The notes under the pieces are model-generated. The model did no database searches. It saw only the letters and a program-made list of their open reading frames with translations, and was not told the DNA's origin. From contig JAENWV010000003.1 of the NCBI GenBank assembly GCA_016650015.1, positions 1-39,709 on the forward strand: DNA of 39,709 nucleotides. The letters run 5' to 3'. The stretch comes from Thermoleophilia bacterium. GTDB taxonomy: Bacteria; Actinomycetota; Thermoleophilia; BMS3ABIN01. Positions 19,022 to 28,931 of this stretch are shown piece after piece. The first letter of the stretch is position 1. Each line of letters begins with the position of its first letter. The position numbers and the translations under genes are program-made.

Positions 19022-20699
19022 CGATCAGGTCGGGTAAAGGGACTTCGAAAGTGTCCTCCCCGACATGATGGCCCTGGTCGCCGGCGAACTCCCGCTTTTG
19101 CGCCAGCTCGATGGCGGCACCGACAAAATCACGGAAGAGCGGGTGTGGCCTGGTCGGCCTGGACTTGAACTCGGGGTGGAACTGGGTTGCCACGAACCAG
19201 GGATGGTCGGTCAGCTCGATGATCTCCACCAGGCGCTTGTCCGGCGAGGTGCCGCTGATCTTCATCCCGGCCTCCACCAGTTTCGGCCGCAGAGCATTGT
19301 TGACCTCATAACGATGGCGGTGGCGCTCGTGTATGGTGCGCTCGCCATATGCCTTGACCGCTTTCCCGGAGCGTGACAGCTTGCAGGGATAAGAGCCCAA
19401 CCGCATGGTGCCTCCCATGGCCTCAACATCCTTCTGTTCCGGCAGCAGGTCGATGACCGGGTAGGGCGTGCTCTGGTCAAACTCGGTGCTGTTGGCCCCG
19501 GGCATGCCAGCGACATTGCGGGCGTACTCGACCACGGCACACTGCATTCCCAGGCAGATGCCCAGGAAGGGGATCTTGTTCTCGCGGGCATAGGTCACGG
19601 CCTGCACCTTTCCCTCGATGGCCCGCGGCCCGAAACCGCCGGGGATCAGTATGCCGTCGACGTCGCGCAGCTGGGATTCCACCAGCATCGGCGATACGTC
19701 TTCGGAATCCACCCAGATCAGCTCCAGTTCGCGATTATGAAAAACGGCCGCGTTCTTCAGCGCCTGGATCACACTCATGTAGGCATCCCACAACTGTACG
19801 TACTTGCCAACCAGGGCGATCCTTACCTTGTCCTTGCAGGAGTTTATCCGGTCTACCAGGTCCTGCCAGTCGGCGAGGTCAGGTTCTGCCGCATCTATGC
19901 CCAGTTTCCGGATTACCAGGTCATCCAGTCCCTCGTCGTGAAGTATCAGCGGCACCATGTAGATATCGGGAGCGTCGATCGCCGTGACCACCGCTTCGAC
20001 TTCGATGTCGCAAAGAAGCGCGATCTTCTCCCGCAGACCCTTGTTCAGATGGCGCGGCGACCGGCAGACGATAACGTCCGGCGTGATGCCGATGCCACGC
20101 AGCTCCTTGACCGAATGCTGCGTCGGCTTGGTCTTCTGCTCACCCGCCGCTTCGAGATACGGCACCAGGGAAACGTGGATGTAGAGCGCGTTCTCTCGGC
20201 CGACATCGTTGCGGAACTGGCGGATGGCCTCGAGGAACGGCAGCGACTCGATATCGCCGACAGTGCCACCGATCTCGGTGATGACCACATCGACGCCGCC
20301 ACCCATATCGGCCACGCGATGGATGCGCTGCTTGATCTCGTTGGTGATGTGCGGGATCAGCTGTACGGTCTTGCCAAGGAAATCTCCCCGGCGCTCCTTG
20401 TTGATGACGCTGAAGTAGACGGTCCCGGAGGTTACGTTGCAGTCGCTGGTCAGATTTTCATCGACATAGCGCTCATAGTGACCGAGGTCGAGATCGGTCT
20501 CGGCGCCGTCTTCGGTTACAAACACCTCTCCGTGCTCGTAGGGGCTCATGGTGCCAGGGTCGACGTTGATGTACGGGTCCAGCTTCTGCATCTGCACCTT
20601 GAGGCCACGGCTTCTGAGCAACCGCCCCAATGATGCGGCCGTGATGCCTTTTCCCAACGACGATACCACCCCACCGGTCACGAAAATATGTTTAGCCAT
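19008..20699 (-). CDS. pyrG: CTP synthase
   Basis: [63 protein letters not shown]. Confidence 0.99.
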   Translation of the reverse strand: MAKHIFVTGGVVSSLGKGITAASLGRLLRSRGLKVQMQKLDPYINVDPGTMSPYEHGEVFVTEDGAETDLDLGHYERYVDENLTSDCNVTSGTVYFSVINKERRGDFLGKTVQLIPHITNEIKQRIHRVADMGGGVDVVITEIGGTVGDIESLPFLEAIRQFRNDVGRENALYIHVSLVPYLEAAGEQKTKPTQHSVKELRGIGITPDVIVCRSPRHLNKGLREKIALLCDIEVEAVVTAIDAPDIYMVPLILHDEGLDDLVIRKLGIDAAEPDLADWQDLVDRINSCKDKVRIALVGKYVQLWDAYMSVIQALKNAAVFHNRELELIWVDSEDVSPMLVESQLRDVDGILIPGGFGPRAIEGKVQAVTYARENKIPFLGICLGMQCAVVEYARNVAGMPGANSTEFDQSTPYPVIDLLPEQKDVEAMGGTMRLGSYPCKLSRSGKAVKAYGERTIHERHRHRYEVNNALRPKLVEAGMKISGTSPDKRLVEIIELTDHPWFVATQFHPEFKSRPTRPHPLFRDFVGAAIELAQKREFAGDQGHHVGEDTFEVPLPDLIDEAR

Positions 20700-20740
20700 G
20701 CGTCTGCCGCCTTTCCCAGCCAATTAAATGATTATTAAAC

Positions 20741-20766
20741 GAAAAAACCGGAGGCTCGGCTCCGGT
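20741..20766 (-). terminator. Intrinsic terminator in the pyrG 5' region (candidate attenuator)
   Basis: Minus strand ACCGGAG-CCGAGC-CTCCGGT followed by TTTTTCGTTT, about 40 nt before the pyrG start. Confidence 0.75.
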
Positions 20767-20848
20767 AAGTTGAAAAACAGATAAATTTTCGGACCTTGCG
20801 CCCATCGGCTATCCTGTTGCCATCATGGTGGTCTGATTACAATTGGAG

Positions 20849-20877
20849 AGTATATCACCTGTCGCCGCATCGGGAAA
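20849..20877 (-). promoter_or_regulatory. Candidate pyrG promoter (extended -10)
   Basis: TTCCCG-N16-TATACT with TG one base upstream of the -10 (TGaTATACT), just after the ferredoxin stop. Confidence 0.55.
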
Positions 20878-20896
20878 GTGCTACCGCCTGCGTCCT

Positions 20897-21094
20897 CTAC
20901 TCTTCTTCGTAGGTGATTGCATCCTCCGGGCAGTTCTCCACCGCCGCCTCGATGCAGCCCTCCAGCCCGAAAAAGTCCGAAATAATAACATGCGACAGGT
21001 TATCGGACTCTTCGATCAGAAAAACCTCAGGGCAGATTGCCTCACAGTTGCCACAGGCCACGCATTTTTCCGGATCGACTTTCGGTATTTTCAA
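20897..21094 (-). CDS. Monocluster [4Fe-4S]/[3Fe-4S] ferredoxin
   Basis: CVACGNCEAICPEVF...CIEAAVENCPEDAI. TTG 21094 with AAGGAG RBS. Confidence 0.92.
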   Translation of the reverse strand: MKIPKVDPEKCVACGNCEAICPEVFLIEESDNLSHVIISDFFGLEGCIEAAVENCPEDAITYEEE

Positions 21095-21254
21095 TTCCCG
21101 GTCTCCTTTATCAACCGTGGCGCAATCCGCTTCTCTACCGTTCACGCCTGGCCATCATTTTAGCATACGGCGCAGATATCCCTGGCTATGAGCGGCGATT
21201 GAAGGCGAGTTGTTTCGCTGCGGGGTTTTTCAAAGGCTCCTGCGGAGCAGACGC

Positions 21255-22154
21255 CTATCTGCCTGGCTCGATATGGATGATCACATCCGCCTGTTCGCCA
21301 TATTCCGTTTTCAGCCGCCGCTCGACGTGGGAAGCAAGCTCATGGGAGCGGCGCGTGGTCAGCTGCGGCTCCACCAGAAGGTGCAGATCGATCCAGTAGC
21401 CCGACTCACTGCCCCGGGTGCGGATTTTATGACAGCCGAGAATCTCTTTTTCGCCGCCACCGAGACAGATCTCTTCGACTTTCGCCGGGTCAAGGACGGC
21501 GCGATCGAGCAGGACGACTGAAGCCTCCTTCATTATCCTGAAAGCCGCGTAACCGATGACCAGGGCGATAAAACCACCGACTAGCGCATCGATCTCCGGA
21601 TGTCCGAGACGCACCGCGATCAGGCTGGCGATCACGGAAAAGGAAACATAGACGTCACTGAGGGTGTGTTTGGAATCGGCGACCAGGAAGACGCTGTTCA
21701 GCTTCCTGCCCTGCCGGCGCTCGTAAATGCTGACGCAGATGTTGATGGCGATGGTCACGCCCATCATCGAAAAAGCGAGCACGCCGGCATCCGGACTGAC
21801 CGGGTTGTTGGTGGTCAGGCGGCCGTAGACGCTTTCACCGATCTGCACCGCGGTGATCAGCAACAGCACCACGATACCCATGCTGGCAAAAGTTTCGAAC
21901 TTGGAGTGGCCATAGGCATGGCTGTCGTCCCGCGGGCGTGAAGCCAGGCTGATGCCTATCAGCCCGATGATGTTGGAGGAACCGTCCATCAGGGAATGAA
22001 ATGAATCGGCCACCATGCCAATAGAGTGGCTGAGGATCCCCACGACAAACTTGCCCAGGGCAACCGCAAAGTTGGCGATGAGAACGTAGATCAGAACCAT
22101 CCTGATCTGATGGTAGCGTTCCTGGCTGGTGTTTTTGCTGGTCGCGCTGTTCAT
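21255..22154 (-). CDS. Cation diffusion facilitator (FieF/CzcD-like) metal efflux transporter
   Basis: ADSFHSLMD, DDSHAYGHSKFE, ADSKHTLSD and C-terminal cytosolic domain (HKIRTR...DLHL...IIHIEP). Start MNSATSK at 22154. Confidence 0.93.
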   Translation of the reverse strand: MNSATSKNTSQERYHQIRMVLIYVLIANFAVALGKFVVGILSHSIGMVADSFHSLMDGSSNIIGLIGISLASRPRDDSHAYGHSKFETFASMGIVVLLLITAVQIGESVYGRLTTNNPVSPDAGVLAFSMMGVTIAINICVSIYERRQGRKLNSVFLVADSKHTLSDVYVSFSVIASLIAVRLGHPEIDALVGGFIALVIGYAAFRIMKEASVVLLDRAVLDPAKVEEICLGGGEKEILGCHKIRTRGSESGYWIDLHLLVEPQLTTRRSHELASHVERRLKTEYGEQADVIIHIEPGR

Positions 22155-22170
22155 TTTTCTTAAAGCTGGT

Positions 22171-23319
22171 TCAGAGCCGGCGGCGCAATCCGACCAGGGC
22201 CGCGGTCGCGAAAATGCCGGCCGCGGCAATGCCGGCCAACGAACCCTTGCCCTTGCCCTGCCGGTCGAGCGCCGCGTCTTCCGGCAGGTAGTCCTGCAGC
22301 AGCTGCCCCCACCTGGTCTCCGCTATCTGGTTAAGATGTTTCCAGCCGGAATACGGATACCAGCAGTAATCCTGCAATAATTTTGCGGCCCTGGCTGGTA
22401 GTAGTGATCCCGGAGCAAGCAGGTTGTTCCCCAATCTGCCGCCATCCGGTCCCTCAAATTGGAAGTTTATGGCGGCGATATCCTCGCCGGCTATTTCAAT
22501 TTCGCTTATGTCGCCACAACCCAATCCCCGTTCGTGGGCCTTGCGGATGTAACCGATTGACCGGGGGTCGAATCCCATCATCCTGGCGATTACGGCGTCC
22601 ACGGCAACCGGATCAGCGCCGGCCAGAATGTATCCCTTCTCATAAGGGGTGAGCGCCCGGGGCCCGGGGCCGTCGCCGCAAAAGACACCGTCAGCCACGT
22701 TAAACAATCCGGGGTGCAATTCCTGCTGCAGCGCCAGCAGATCGACGAGCAGATCATCGATCCCGGCGCTGCTGAGCAGGGCATTTTCACGCACCAGGCC
22801 GCCCATTGCGTTCTGCATGGCGCCGGCCAGGAAAGCCCGGGCATGCGTCTTCATGGTCGGCAGATGAATGATGTTACTGCCGGGGAAAAAGTCCGGAACC
22901 AGTATTCCTTCCGGGTATATTTGGTCAATGGCCGGCAACGCCACCCGGGAGCGGTAACGGATCCAGTTCACCGGGGGCTCTTCGAGGCAGGTTATGCCGA
23001 TGCCCAGACGCTCGACGGCAGTGGTGAGGCCGTTTTTGCGCTCGGCACGGCGAGGATCGATGCCGCCGGAGCCACTGTCAGCGGGAATGATGCTGGTCGC
23101 GTCGTAACCATCGTCGACGAGCGCCCTGCAGACGCCCTCCAGTTGCCAGGGCGCCGTGGAACAGGCAGGGAACCAGAGATCCCAGGAGAGATTGATTTTT
23201 AGCACGGTGTTGCGGCCCGGTTTGACGAACCCGGTACAGCCGGATTCGCGGAGCAGTCTTCCATAATCATCGATAACCGTCTCCGGGCCGGTTTTTAGAA
23301 TGGTTACTTTTGAGTTCAA
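22171..23319 (-). CDS. DUF362 family protein with a C-terminal hydrophobic anchor
   Basis: VLKINLSW, CSTAPWQLEG, IHLPTMKTH, DGVFCGDGPGP, ILAGADPVAVDAV..RMMGFDP, AHERGLG. TTGA overlap with recN. Confidence 0.8.
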   Translation of the reverse strand: MNSKVTILKTGPETVIDDYGRLLRESGCTGFVKPGRNTVLKINLSWDLWFPACSTAPWQLEGVCRALVDDGYDATSIIPADSGSGGIDPRRAERKNGLTTAVERLGIGITCLEEPPVNWIRYRSRVALPAIDQIYPEGILVPDFFPGSNIIHLPTMKTHARAFLAGAMQNAMGGLVRENALLSSAGIDDLLVDLLALQQELHPGLFNVADGVFCGDGPGPRALTPYEKGYILAGADPVAVDAVIARMMGFDPRSIGYIRKAHERGLGCGDISEIEIAGEDIAAINFQFEGPDGGRLGNNLLAPGSLLPARAAKLLQDYCWYPYSGWKHLNQIAETRWGQLLQDYLPEDAALDRQGKGKGSLAGIAAAGIFATAALVGLRRRL

Positions 23320-25109
23320 CGGCTGCCCGCTTTCGTCGATGTTCCGTTTTTGATCGACGCTCGATTGTTTTTCGTGTCAGAAATCTTCTGAACCCTCAGC
23401 AGCAAATCGCCGGCGTGGGCGCGAGCCTTGCCGTCTTTGGGCTTCGAGCCCATCATGCGGCAGAGTTCATCGACGACTCCCTCTCCCTGCAGCCGCTCCA
23501 CCGCGGTCACCGTCTGGCCGCCGGCGGTCCGCTTGACCACCCGGAAATGCGCGTCAGCATAGCAGGCTATCTGAGGCAGGTGAGTGATGCAGATGATCTG
23601 TGAGCCGCTGGTCAGGCTCCTCAGCCTTGCGCCCACGGCGGCGCCGGTTTCGCCGCCGATGCCGGCATCGATTTCATCGAATACCAGGGTGGCGGTATCG
23701 CGCGAGGCCAAAACAGCGCTTTTGATAGCCAGCATGATTCTTGACAACTCGCCACCGGAAGCGGTGTCGCGCAATGGCGTTGCCGGCATTCCCGGATTGA
23801 GCCGTACCAAAAACTCAGCGTTGTCCGCTCCGTTGCGGTTGGGCGATTCAGCCTTGGACAGCCGCACTTCGAAACCGCAATCGTTGAAGGCCAGCTCCCC
23901 GAGATGCCGGCCGGCTTCCTCTTCCAGCCTGGAGGCGGCTTCCTGCCGTAGCTCGCTAAGTTTAGCGGCCAGCCCGAGCAGCTCCGCCGAAACTTGCGAC
24001 AGTTCTTTTTCCAGGGCCGGCTTGCCTTCGCTGACGCCCGTCAGCCGGGCGAGCCTCTCCGCCGACCTGACCGAATAGTTCAAGATTTCTTCGATGCCGC
24101 CCGGTGAGCCGTTGCCGGCGGCTTTTTCGCCACTGCCGGCGACTCCCTGGCCGACGCCATATTTTCGTTTGAGCTGTCCGATGAGGTCGAGCCGTTCCTC
24201 GACTTCCCCCAGGTGCAGGGGATCACTCTGTACGGATTCCGAATAATCCCGTGCCGATCGGTTGATTTCCTCCAGCTCATAATAATTCTTCTGCAGCCGG
24301 CCGGCGATGGCGTCCAGTTCGTCGTCGACCCCGGCGGAGTTCTCCAGCCGCGCCATCATCTGCGAAAGGGTGTCCGTCAGGCCAGCTCCGCCTTCGTCTC
24401 CGCTCAGGACCGCCGTCAGCTCCGCGGTTGCCTCCCTCAATTCCTGTGCGTGGAGCAAACGCCGGCGCTCGTCCTCGAGCTCCAGATCCTCTCCCTTTAG
24501 CAGATCCGCATTATCGATTTCGGACAACTGGAACCGGAGCAGTTCCGCTTCGCGTGCCTGGGCTTCGTAATCCTGGCTCAAATCAGCCAGCTGATCAGCC
24601 AGTTCCCGGTGGCGATCGTAGGCCAACCTATATTCGTCCAGCAGGTCCGCCAACCCTGCCCCGGCAAAATCATCGAGGATCTCCAGCTGACGCGACGCCA
24701 GCATCAGCCGCCGCTGCTCGTGCTGGGCGGAAAAAGCCAGCAAGCGGCCGGTAAGCTCGCCCAGCAGCGAGAGCGTGGCCGAGCGTCCGCCGATGAAAGC
24801 GCGGCTTCGGCCATCCCGGGAGATGCGGCGGCGCACAGCCAGCACATCTTCATCGGGAAGGTCGATTTCGCCGGCAATATCGGCGAAAAAACCTTCGGGC
24901 AGGGAGAAAACGGCTTCGACTGAAGCTTCGGCGGCGCCGGGCCGGATGAGCCCGCTATCCGCCCGTGTGCCTAAAAGCAGGGAAATGGCATGGGCCAGGA
25001 TGGTCTTGCCGGCGCCGGTCTCGCCGCTGATGACGTTAAGTCCGGCGTCGAAGACCAGGTCGGCGCCGTCGATGACCGCCAGATTCTCGATGTGGAGTTC
25101 GATGAGCAA
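23316..25109 (-). CDS. recN: DNA repair protein RecN
   Basis: Walker A SGETGAGKT, signature ASGGELSRIMLA, Walker B LVFDEIDAGIGG, ITHLPQIA. Confidence 0.96.
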   Translation of the reverse strand: MLIELHIENLAVIDGADLVFDAGLNVISGETGAGKTILAHAISLLLGTRADSGLIRPGAAEASVEAVFSLPEGFFADIAGEIDLPDEDVLAVRRRISRDGRSRAFIGGRSATLSLLGELTGRLLAFSAQHEQRRLMLASRQLEILDDFAGAGLADLLDEYRLAYDRHRELADQLADLSQDYEAQAREAELLRFQLSEIDNADLLKGEDLELEDERRRLLHAQELREATAELTAVLSGDEGGAGLTDTLSQMMARLENSAGVDDELDAIAGRLQKNYYELEEINRSARDYSESVQSDPLHLGEVEERLDLIGQLKRKYGVGQGVAGSGEKAAGNGSPGGIEEILNYSVRSAERLARLTGVSEGKPALEKELSQVSAELLGLAAKLSELRQEAASRLEEEAGRHLGELAFNDCGFEVRLSKAESPNRNGADNAEFLVRLNPGMPATPLRDTASGGELSRIMLAIKSAVLASRDTATLVFDEIDAGIGGETGAAVGARLRSLTSGSQIICITHLPQIACYADAHFRVVKRTAGGQTVTAVERLQGEGVVDELCRMMGSKPKDGKARAHAGDLLLRVQKISDTKNNRASIKNGTSTKAGSR

Positions 25110-25122
25110 AAGCGCCGGCGCC

Positions 25123-26010
25123 TTACCTCGGGGGCTGGATAAAGCGGTCGCGAAGAGTGAGATAAAAATCGGCTCCCGGAGGCTTCACCAGGTGAGCTTT
25201 TTGTGACGCCATGGACAGCTTCAGGGAACTGCCGGAAGCCAGCAGGCCGCGATTGCGACCGTCGACATAGATCGCCGCGGCCGAGCCGATAGTCTCGTTG
25301 CCGATGACGAGCTTCTCCGTCGGCCCCATCACCATCGCCCGGAACTGCAGGGTATGGGGCGCGATGGCCGTCAGAGCCAGCGCGTCCAGCGAAAGCGACA
25401 GCACGGGACCACCGTTGGAAAGGTTGTAGGCTGTGGAGCCGGCGGGAGTCGAGAGCACCATGCCGTCGCAGCTTATGGCATCGAATTCGACGCCGCCGGT
25501 GCTGTAAGCAAGCCGCACGACCGAACCGCCATCGGGTTTGTGGACGACGACGTCGTTAAGCGCCAGCGCCCGATCGCCAGCGTTTTCCATTTCGATGAGA
25601 CTCAGGTCGAGCGTCTCATAACCACCCTGGAAGATCGAACGAAGCCCTTCGGGAATATCTTCCGGCCCGATCGCCGAGAGGAATCCGACGCGGCCGAAGT
25701 TCACGCCAAGCACCGGCGTCTGCATCTCGGGGAACCGGCGAAAAGCCCTGAGGATGGTGCCGTCTCCGCCCAAAGCCACGCAGAAATCTACCTGGACCTC
25801 TTCCAGGAGCGGCACGACGGTGCCGAAGCTGCCTGCTTCCTCCAGCGAGTATTTCTCCACTTCAAGCTGGGGAATGACCGCCTCGATGGAGAGTTCCCGG
25901 CAGAGCTCCAGAACCCGCAACAGAGCTTCACGGGTGGCCTCTGACTGGCGATGGCTGATGACTGCGATTTTCGTGACCAGAGCTGCCCCAGATCTTGCGT
26001 ATTTTTCCAT
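25123..26010 (-). CDS. nadK: NAD(+) kinase
   Basis: ALGGDGTIL, GVNFGRVGFL, ALNDVV, DGMVLSTPAGSTAYNLSNGGP. Start uncertain; ATG 26010 chosen. Confidence 0.95.
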   Translation of the reverse strand: MEKYARSGAALVTKIAVISHRQSEATREALLRVLELCRELSIEAVIPQLEVEKYSLEEAGSFGTVVPLLEEVQVDFCVALGGDGTILRAFRRFPEMQTPVLGVNFGRVGFLSAIGPEDIPEGLRSIFQGGYETLDLSLIEMENAGDRALALNDVVVHKPDGGSVVRLAYSTGGVEFDAISCDGMVLSTPAGSTAYNLSNGGPVLSLSLDALALTAIAPHTLQFRAMVMGPTEKLVIGNETIGSAAAIYVDGRNRGLLASGSSLKLSMASQKAHLVKPPGADFYLTLRDRFIQPPR

Positions 26011-26142
26011 AACCCTGAATTGGATTCGCCCGATCCAGAGCCGAAAGCATTTTATCACAGCAGGCGGATACTTATGAGAGCCATATTAGAGCCAATGAGT
26101 CAATCGACCCGATGCTTATCGGCTATGGAGCGAGTTAATGAG

Positions 26143-26925
26143 TCAATCAAGCATTGCCAAAACGTCATTCCTGTCCGGCTTTGACGCGTATCCCTGGTTG
26201 TCAGCGGCGAAATACAGCAGATACTCACGATTCCCCTTGGGGCCGCGGACGGGCGACTCAGTGAGACCCAGAACCACCCAGCCTGATTCTTCGATGAAAG
26301 ACCATATTTCCTCAAGGACTTCACGGCGCACGTTGCTGTCGCGCACAACCCCGCCCTTGCCGACCTTGCCGCGCCCCGCCTCGAACTGGGGCTTGATCAG
26401 GGCGATTGCCTGAAAATCCTCTTCGAGCGTATCGATGACCGGCTGAAGAACCTTTTTGAGTGAAATGAAGGAGAGGTCAAAGGTGGCAAATGACGGTGCT
26501 TCGGAAAGCATTTCCTGTGTGATGCCGCGGATATTGGTACGCTCAAGCACATCCACCCGCGGATCATTCCTGAGCTTCCAGTCCAGTTGCCCGTAGCCGA
26601 CGTCCACGGCGATGACTTTTCTGGCGCCGTGCTGGAGCAGACAATCGGTGAAGCCGCCTGTGGAAGCCCCGGCATCGAGAGCTACGCGGCCGGTGACATC
26701 GATCGGGAATTCCTCAAAAGCCCGTTCCAGCTTGAGGCCGCCGCGAGATACGAAGCGGGGTTGCTCTTTAAGCGTGACTTCAATGTCCGGCGTCACCAGC
26801 GTGCCCGCCTTGGTGACCGGTTGCCCGCTGACTCTCACTTCACCCGCGAGCACCGCGGCGGCGGCCTGGGATCGGGAAGAAAAAAATCCCCGCTGGACGA
26901 GGACGGTGTCGAGACGCTCTTTCAT
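26143..26925 (-). CDS. tlyA: TlyA family rRNA 2'-O-methyltransferase
   Basis: S4 domain KERLD, VSRGGLKL, DAGASTGGFTDCLLQ, DLSFISL, LIKPQFE, GPKGNREY. Confidence 0.96.
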   Translation of the reverse strand: MKERLDTVLVQRGFFSSRSQAAAAVLAGEVRVSGQPVTKAGTLVTPDIEVTLKEQPRFVSRGGLKLERAFEEFPIDVTGRVALDAGASTGGFTDCLLQHGARKVIAVDVGYGQLDWKLRNDPRVDVLERTNIRGITQEMLSEAPSFATFDLSFISLKKVLQPVIDTLEEDFQAIALIKPQFEAGRGKVGKGGVVRDSNVRREVLEEIWSFIEESGWVVLGLTESPVRGPKGNREYLLYFAADNQGYASKPDRNDVLAMLD

Positions 26926-26942
26926 TCAGACGTACCCATACC

Positions 26943-28928
26943 TCAGTTGTCCTCGCCCGAAACCTTCTTTCGCTCCGCCGGCACGATCTTCTTTTTCAGC
27001 AACCTCTCCCCCACGTACGCAGAGACCGCCTCAGGGTTGAGGCCGATGTCCCGCAACAGCTTGTTGCGATTGCCGTGAGGGACGAAATAATCCGGAATGG
27101 CGAAGCTCTTGACCGACACCGATGCTTCTTCGGCAAACAGCCCCTGCACGGCGGCGCCGAAACCTCCTCTGGCCGTACTCTCTTCGACAGTCACTACCAG
27201 CTCGTGCTGTGAGGCCAGCTCGCGGATCAGCCCTTCATCGATCGGCTTCAGGAAACGGGCGTTGACCACCGTCGGCCTCAGACCGTGCTGCTCGACGAGC
27301 AGCCGGGCGGCGCGGCGACAGATGCCGACGCCGCTGCCTATTCCCAGGAGCAGCGCCCCCTCACCGCGGTCGATGACCTCGGCCTTGCCCACCGGCAACG
27401 CCTCAAAGTCCTCCGGCAGGGAGACACCGCCTCCCGCCGCGCGCGGATAACGGATGGCAGCCGGCTTGCCCAGTTGCAACGCCGTGTAAACCATGTTTTG
27501 AAGTTCGGCTTCGTCCCTGGGCGCCATCACGATGAGACCCGGCACCAAACTCAGGTAGCCGAGGTCGAAGACGCCATGATGCGAGGGGCCGTCGTCACCC
27601 ACCAGCCCGGCGCGGTCCAGGGCGAAAACCACCGGCAGTTCCTGCATCGCCACATCCTGTACCAGCATGTCGAATGCCCGCTGCAGGAAGGTGGAATAGA
27701 TTGCGACCACCGGCTTGAACCCGCCGATGGCGAGGCCCGCCGCAAAAGCCACGGCGTGCTCCTCGGCGATACCGACGTCAAAAAACCTGTCGGGGAACTT
27801 CCTCTCAAAATGATACAGCCCGGTGCCGCTGGACATGGCGGCGGTGATAGCTACGATCCTGTCGTCGCTCTCGGCCATGCGCGCCAGCCCCTGCCCGAAA
27901 GCCTCGGTATAGGTGATCGGTCCCGGCCTCTTGATGGCCTTGCCAGTGCTGACGGTGAAGGGCGCTATGCCGTGGAAGGTGTCCGGACGCGCCTCGGCGG
28001 GCTCGTACCCCTTCCCCTTGGTGGTCTTAATATGGATCAGCACCGGACGCTCGATCTCCATAGCCGCCCTGATGCTCTTGCGCAGCGCCTTGATGTCGTG
28101 CCCGTCGATGATGCCGATGTAGGCGAAGCCCAGCTCTTCAAAAAGCATCCCCGGCACCAGAAAAGCCTTCATGCTTTCCTTGATCGATCGCGAGGCGCCG
28201 CGGATGCCCGGTATCTTCTCGATGCCGTGCTCGAATTCCTCGCGCAGCTTGAAGAGCGTAGGGTCGAGGCGCAGCTTGTGTAAATACTGGGAGATGGCAC
28301 CCACATTGGGCTTAATCGACATCTCGTTGTCGTTAAGAATCACGATGAGCGGGGTTTTGAGATGGCCGGCCTGGTTCATCGCCTCATAGGCGATGCCGCC
28401 GGTCAGAGCCCCATCACCGATCACGCAGGCGACATGGCCCCCGGTCTTTTCCTCGCCGGCCTCCTCGCTGCCCGGCTCACTGCCGCCGGCCAGAGTCGCA
28501 TCGATGCCGGCCAGCTCCGCCTGCGCCGCCGCCAGCCTGATGGCCTCCTGGATGCCAACGCCATAACTGATGGAAGTGGAGCTGTGCCCGGTCCCGACGA
28601 TATCGTGCTCTGACTCGTGCTTATTGGGGAATCCGGAGAGGCCGCCGTACTGGCGGACAGTATGAAATTCGGCGGCTCGGCCGGTGATGATCTTGTGGGC
28701 GTAGCACTGGTGACCGACGTCCCAGATGATTTTATCTTCAGGGCTGTTGAGGACGCTGTGCAGGGCCAGAGTCAGCTCGACAACACCGAGGCTGGGAGCG
28801 AGGTGACCGCCGACCTTGGACACAGCGCCGATCATGAATTCGCGGATCTCGTCGGCGAGCAGCTGCAGCTCGCGGTCGTTGAAACGACGCAAGTCTGACG
28901 GGGAATGGATTTGCTCGAGGAGCGACAC
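26943..28928 (-). CDS. dxs: 1-deoxy-D-xylulose-5-phosphate synthase
   Basis: GGHLAPSLGVVEL, WDVGHQCY, IGDGALTGG...NDNEMSI, DVGIAEEHA, YSTFLQR, DRAGLVGDDG, IRYPR. Confidence 0.98.
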   Translation of the reverse strand: MSLLEQIHSPSDLRRFNDRELQLLADEIREFMIGAVSKVGGHLAPSLGVVELTLALHSVLNSPEDKIIWDVGHQCYAHKIITGRAAEFHTVRQYGGLSGFPNKHESEHDIVGTGHSSTSISYGVGIQEAIRLAAAQAELAGIDATLAGGSEPGSEEAGEEKTGGHVACVIGDGALTGGIAYEAMNQAGHLKTPLIVILNDNEMSIKPNVGAISQYLHKLRLDPTLFKLREEFEHGIEKIPGIRGASRSIKESMKAFLVPGMLFEELGFAYIGIIDGHDIKALRKSIRAAMEIERPVLIHIKTTKGKGYEPAEARPDTFHGIAPFTVSTGKAIKRPGPITYTEAFGQGLARMAESDDRIVAITAAMSSGTGLYHFERKFPDRFFDVGIAEEHAVAFAAGLAIGGFKPVVAIYSTFLQRAFDMLVQDVAMQELPVVFALDRAGLVGDDGPSHHGVFDLGYLSLVPGLIVMAPRDEAELQNMVYTALQLGKPAAIRYPRAAGGGVSLPEDFEALPVGKAEVIDRGEGALLLGIGSGVGICRRAARLLVEQHGLRPTVVNARFLKPIDEGLIRELASQHELVVTVEESTARGGFGAAVQGLFAEEASVSVKSFAIPDYFVPHGNRNKLLRDIGLNPEAVSAYVGERLLKKKIVPAERKKVSGEDN

Positions 28929-28931
28929 TAG

